A stretch of 64,000 nt of DNA from the human T2T-CHM13v2.0 reference genome, Homo sapiens: assembly GCF_009914755.1 (NCBI RefSeq), contig NC_060929.1. One strand, written 5' to 3'. The notes under the pieces were generated by a model. The model made no database searches and was not told where the DNA came from. It saw only the letters and a list, made by a program, of their open reading frames with translations. Shown here one piece after another: positions 53,701 to 64,000 of the stretch. Every line of letters begins with the position of its first letter. The stretch's first letter is position 1. The position numbers were made by a program, and so were the translations under genes.

Positions 53701-54695
53701 CTGAAACTTAAGGTGGGTATAAGGTCAGAAGCATTGTGGTAAACCAGGTCAGCATTTGCAATTAAGACTACAGCATAAAGAAAAGGCTCTGGAAATTTTG
53801 AATTAGTTGCCAAAGAAATTAAAGATTAATAAGTGAATAAATAAATCAAATAACATAGATTCTGAAAAGCCAAAATAAATTTATGATTGCATGCAACAGA
53901 GGGAGACATAGCTATATATAAATATATACAAACACACTCATACTGGTTAGAAATGAACCAGTATATATACTATATGTCAATTATTAGCAAAATATATTAC
54001 TTATTAGCAAATAGTCCAAATGTATATTGTCTATAAAGAATTTCCAAACTAAGTAGCTATTTTACAAACCAATTCTAGAATTCTAGACTGGTAAAACCCC
54101 AATGACACATAGCAAAAAAAAAAAAAAAAAAAAAAAGAACTAAATAAATATAGAATAACAGAAAAATAGTTTTTTAAAATACTTACAAAATGTAAGAGAA
54201 TAGAAAAATATATTTCTAACTATTCTCTTAAATCTCTTTAAATCTAGGGTTATTTGTGTATGAAAATGTTATCAAAAATAAAAACATAAAGTAGTTTACT
54301 ATAAAGTATTAATTCCACACCCACACAAAATACAGACAAAAGAAAATACTTCCAATATACTTCAAGACAGTACAAAACATAAGACTTAAAATTTTACATT
54401 CATTTTATAAATTTAATTTAAAATGGGTAAACAGAATTACTTTGATATGAACGAGTAAACCAATGAAATAAAAATAACAAAATAGTTAAAAATAAAAATC
54501 AGTGGGTAGTCAAAGAGGTAATTAAGTCTATATGATTGGAATTGTGGTTGAAAATATATTTGAGAAGACTACAGAATACAACACAGAGACAAAAATAGAT
54601 TTTATAAAAAGAAGACAAATAGAAATTATGATAAAATCAGAAGTGTGTGTGTGGGTATGTCTCTGTGTATGTGTGTGTGTGTGCATGTGTGTGTG

Positions 54696-55182
54696 GAGAT
54701 GAAATGTGGGGTTGGAGCCCCCCTACAGAGTCTTCACTGGGGCACTGCCTACTGGGAGCCATGAGAAGGGGGCCATTATCTTCCAGATTGCAGAATGGCA
54801 GAGCCACGGACAGCTTGCACCCTGTGACTGGAAAAGCCATAGGCACTCAATGCAGACCCATGGGAGCAGCCATGGGGTCTGGCCCCTCCAAAGCCACAAG
54901 GGTACAGCTGCCTAAGGTTTTTGGAGCCCGCCCCTCAAACCAGAGTGCCCTGGATGTGGGAAATGGGGACAAAGATTAATTTGTAGCTTCAATGTTTAAT
55001 GGCTGCCCTGCTTGGTTTCAGACTTGCACGGTTCCTGTAGCCTCTTTCTTTGGCCAATTTCTCCCTTTTGGAATGGGAGTATTTACCCAATGCCTATATC
55101 TTCATTGTATCTTGGAAGTAACTAACTTGTTTTCTGTGTTATAGACTCATAGGTGGAAGGTACTTGCCTTGTCTCATATGAG
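54696..55182 (+). mobile_element. MaLR internal (MST/THE1-int) fragment without LTRs
   Basis: 'aaatgtggggttggagccccc..actggggcactgcct..ggccaatttctcccttttggaatggg..acttgccttgtctca'. Confidence 0.88.
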
Positions 55183-55464
55183 AATAAAAAATAAAATACA
55201 AATAAAATAATATATAAATAAATTAAATCTGAGATTTTTATATATAAACATGAATGTTGACTTTCATATGTGTGTTTGCAGCAACAAGGAAAAGTACATG
55301 AGTAAATAATGCCTGTGAAGTTAAAACTGCCCACTGTTATTGACGCCTACTCAAAACAATTTTAACTTTATTTTCTATTTTGTATTAGATAATTTAAAAA
55401 ATTACAGAAATACTTGGAGAGAAGAGGTTAAAAAGGCATGCATAAAATTACTAAAATACAAGAG

Positions 55465-56240
55465 GCCAAAAATGTGAAGAAATGCTTAACATCACTAATC
55501 TTTAGAGAAATGCAAATTAAAACTGAGATAGCATCTCATATCAGTCAGAATGCCTATTATTAAAAAGTCCCAAAACAACAGATGTTGATGTGGATGCAGA
55601 GAAAAGGGAACGCTTATGCACTCTTGGTGGGAATGTAAATTAGCTCAACCTCTACGGAAAATAGTATGAGGATATGTCAGAGAAATGAAAACAGAGCCAC
55701 CATTCAATCCAGAAATCTTATCACTGGGTATGTATCTGAAAGAAAATAAATAATTATGTAAACAAACATCTGCACTTGTATGTTCATCACAGCAATATAC
55801 AGAATAGCAAAATCATGGAACCAATCTATGTGTCCATCTATGATTGACTGGTTAAAGGAATGTGGTATATATATATCATGGAATACTATGCAGGAATAAA
55901 AAGAATAAAACCATGCCATTTTCACCAATATGGATATAACTTAATGCCATTATCTTAAGTGATCTAACTCAGAAACAGAAATCAAATCTCATATGTTGTC
56001 ACTTTCATGAGGGAGCTAATCAATGTATACCAATGGGTATACATAAACATGAAGATATAAATGATAGACACTGGACACTCCTAAGGGGGAAAGGTAGGAG
56101 GGAGGTGAGGGTTGAATAAATACCTATTGGGTACAGTGTTCAATATTTGCTTGATGGATACACCAGCAGCCCAATCTCCACCATTATGCAATATACTCAT
56201 ATAACAAACATGCACATGCACCCCCTAAATCTAAAATTTT
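55465..56240 (+). mobile_element. L1PB4-like 3' fragment
   Basis: 'gtgagggttgaataaatacctattgggtacagtgttca..ccaccattatgcaatatactcatataacaaacatgcacatg.accccctaaatctaaaa'. Confidence 0.85.
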
Positions 56241-56331
56241 TCAAAAGTTAAACAATCTTCTAGAATGATTTAATTTTGACATTTTGGAAACAACGAAAAT
56301 CAATATAAAATAGTGTACTCCAACCCAAAGG

Positions 56332-56640
<309 letters not shown>

Positions 56641-57122
56641 CAATCCAAAGTTTTAACAATTTGTAGAATTGAAAGAGAATACCAAGCATAGAACTCTATT
56701 TTCAGAAAAGTAGCGTAAGTTGCACACATAAATATAAATGGTGCATTAAGATCACTTTTTGGAATTCTACTTGCTGATGTTAACAATGTAAGTTTTAAAA
56801 GTTTAAAATGTGCTTGTGTGTGTGCTAGAAGAAATGACGCTACTTTGAAACCTGCTTTCCTAACTAGTGGCTATAAATTAGGAACATAAAAATTGTGATA
56901 ATTTTACTATTTCTTTCCAATTTGGATGCTTTTATTTCTTTTCTTGTGTGGTAGATAATATAATTTGATATAATTCTATATGTAAAAACCACAAAGAGTT
57001 CACAAAACACTATAAGAACTAATAAAATTTGTAAAGTTGTAGAATAAAAAATCAACTTAAAAATTATTAGCATTTTATACATAAATAATTACCTAACTGA
57101 AAAAGATATAAATTATTCTTAA

Positions 57123-57893
<771 letters not shown>

Positions 57894-58052
57894 AATCTAC
57901 ATATTTAAAACAGTAATAAAAATTGGAAAATTATACAAACAAATGGAAAGATATCTATTTCTTATGAATTGGAAGAATTAATATTTTGTAAATGTCCGCA
58001 TTTTCCAAAGCAACATTCAGGTTTAACACAATCTTTTTCAAAATCCCAATGA

Positions 58053-58350
<298 letters not shown>

Positions 58351-60369
58351 CCAAATGACATTATTTATATAAACAGAAAAATAATTATAAAATCCATGTG
58401 GAGCTGAAAAAAACAAACACTTGAAAAGCCAATACTATTCTGAGAAAGAAAAACAAAATTGGAGGCATCACACATACTTAAAATTCTGTTGAAAAGCTCT
58501 AGTAATGTAGACAGTATGATACTGGCATAAGAAAACAGATGTATACACCAGTGAAACAAAACAGAGGGCATAAAAATAAATCTATTCACTTTCAGCAATT
58601 AATTTTTGATAAAAGGGCCCAAAACACATAATGGAGAAAGGACAAAATGAATTGTATTGGGGAAACTGGATATCCACATGCAAAATAAAGAAATTAGACC
58701 TTTATCTCACAAAATATGCAAATAGCAACTTAAAGTACATGCAAAACTTGAACATAAGACCTGAAACTGTGAAAGTACTGAAAGAAAACACGGAAAAAAA
58801 GCTTCATAACATTGGTCTGGATAATGACTTTTTTTTTTCAGATATGACCCCAAAAGCACAAGCAACAAAAGTAAAAGTAGACAAATGAGATTACACAAAA
58901 GTTAAAGATTCTTCAGGCACACACACACAAAAAAATCAGCAAAATGAAATGACAGCCTATGGATTGGGAAACGAAAATTCAAACTTTAAATCTGATGAGG
59001 TGTTAATATTCAAAATTTATAAAGAACTCATACGACTCAATAGTGGAAAACAAATAACCCAATTAAAAAATGGGCAAAAGACCTGAATACACATTTCTGT
59101 AAAGAAGACATAAAAATGGCCAAGACATATGAAAAGGTGCTCGACATCATTTATTATCAAAGGAATGCAAAACAAAATTACTGTGACATACTGTCTCACA
59201 ACCCTTAGAGCGGCTGTTATGCTAACTGAAGAAGATTGAAAAATGTGGCGGGGATGTGGAGAAAAGAGAACGCATAGCAACTGTTGACAGAAATGTAGGT
59301 TGTTACAGCCATTATGAAAAACAGTATGGAGGTTTCTAAAGAAATTAAGAATAGAATTATCAAATAACCCAGCAAACCTTCTTCTGGGCATACACCCAAA
59401 GAAAGGAAATCTCCACCTCGTAAAGATAATCACATTGCCATGTTAATTGCAGCATTATTTACAATAGCCAAAATATAAAACCAACCTGTCTCTTAATAGA
59501 TTGATTTTTTTAAAAACTGTGATACACATATATATAGTTGAATATTATTTACATTAAAAAAGAATAGGAACTTGCTATTTTCTGCAACGTAGATGAGCCT
59601 GAAGGATGTTATACTAAGTAAAATATAAGCTAGAGACAGAAAGAAAAGTATTGCATTATTTCACCTATATGTGAAATCTGAAAAAATATATATAAAATAT
59701 GAACAGATAGGAAACAAAATCTTGTTTACAAGGTGTTGGGGATAGGGGACAGAAAATGAGGAGAAATAGGTCAGAGTGTATAAACTAGCAGATAAGTGGG
59801 ATGAACAAATCTAGAAATCTGTTGTACAACCTGAGAACTATAAGTAATAAAATTGTACTGTATTTTGGATTCATGCTAAATGAGTAGATTTTATTTGGTT
59901 TTGCCAAAACAGCAAAACAAAACAAAATGTATAACTATGTGAGATGATGGATCATTGATTTGCTTTGCTATAGTAATCTTTTGCGCTATCTATATCTATC
60001 TCATAGCATTATGTTCTGTATCTTAAATATATACAATAAAATGTATTTTTAGAAAAAGAGAATCAGCAATAATCACATTTGTGCTTTTAGCTCCTGAAAA
60101 TTAAACTTATAATGGTATCTTATTTAAATAAAATTTATAGATTTTTAATGCAGCTAAGCCTCTGTCTTAGGTGATTTATTTTTAAAACATGAGTAGAATA
60201 ACCATCTCTAGCCATTATGAATCATAATTGGGTATCTGTGTGTATAATCCAATGTCATAGTTTCTTTCACTTTCTTTTTGTCCGTAATAAACATAGTTGT
60301 TTTTCACTTGCTCTTTCTGAAGTTTCTCAGATGCATTACTTGGATTCCTAAGGAATATGTATAAGTATA

Positions 60370-60580
<211 letters not shown>

Positions 60581-61112
60581 TGAAAATTACTGAACCTCAT
60601 AATTATGTTTAAAGTTTAAAACTAGATTTATCTTAGATCACATTAATACATTTAAAGATCTCTTTGATATTCTTCAAGCCCATGAACTGAATGATTTCAT
60701 CTTAACTATGCTAAATCACTGTTAATTTCATTGCAGTGATTAATAAACCGTGTCACTATGCATTTAAAAACCTGCTATTTTCAGAGTTGCATTTATTGCT
60801 TGCCTTTTTTCAAAGTGCCATTTCATCAGAGCAGTTTAACAAAAGTTAAATTTCAAAGACAGATAATAGATAATTACAAACATTTAAATGATGGATGGTA
60901 ATTTGATCTTAATAAAATATCAGGTAAACTAAGGTCATGTAAACAGAAGGCAGGCATTCTAAACAAATCTTATTGCTATATAATAAATATATCTCACCTC
61001 TTACATTCTACCCACACACTTGTTTATTCGAATTAAATAAAGTTTTTAAATAATGGTTAGATATAACAAAATTGTTCTCATTACTCATCAACACATTTGA
61101 AGCAAGCCATTG

Positions 61113-64000
<2,888 letters not shown>

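Overview
This window is human (primate) genomic DNA that is AT-rich, CpG-depleted and made mostly of decayed interspersed repeats. It runs from chromosome-arm-type sequence into an ancient, divergent monomeric alpha-satellite array (~61113 to the window end; ~171-bp monomers, no CENP-B boxes), so it looks like an arm-to-pericentromere junction. I recognise no intact protein-coding gene, RNA gene or CpG island. The longer ORFs in the track are remnants of L1, ERVL, Tigger or Alu, or chance frames. Main content: an ERVL (MLT2/HERVL-like) gag region broken by nested insertions, including a ~6.9-kb 5'-complete L1 that lacks its 3' end yet keeps an A-tail and TSD; a twin-primed L1PA7/8-like element inside an older L1; Tigger1, Tigger3 and HSMAR2 DNA transposon remnants; a MER61 LTR plus internal sequence; four THE1 LTRs; about 17 Alus or Alu fragments, including a human-specific AluYg6; and a few candidate splice-signal clusters in unique DNA. 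I found no convincing novel biological system. The findings are structural and evolutionary oddities plus speculative exon candidates. Subfamily names come from recalled consensus sequences and need RepeatMasker/Dfam confirmation.
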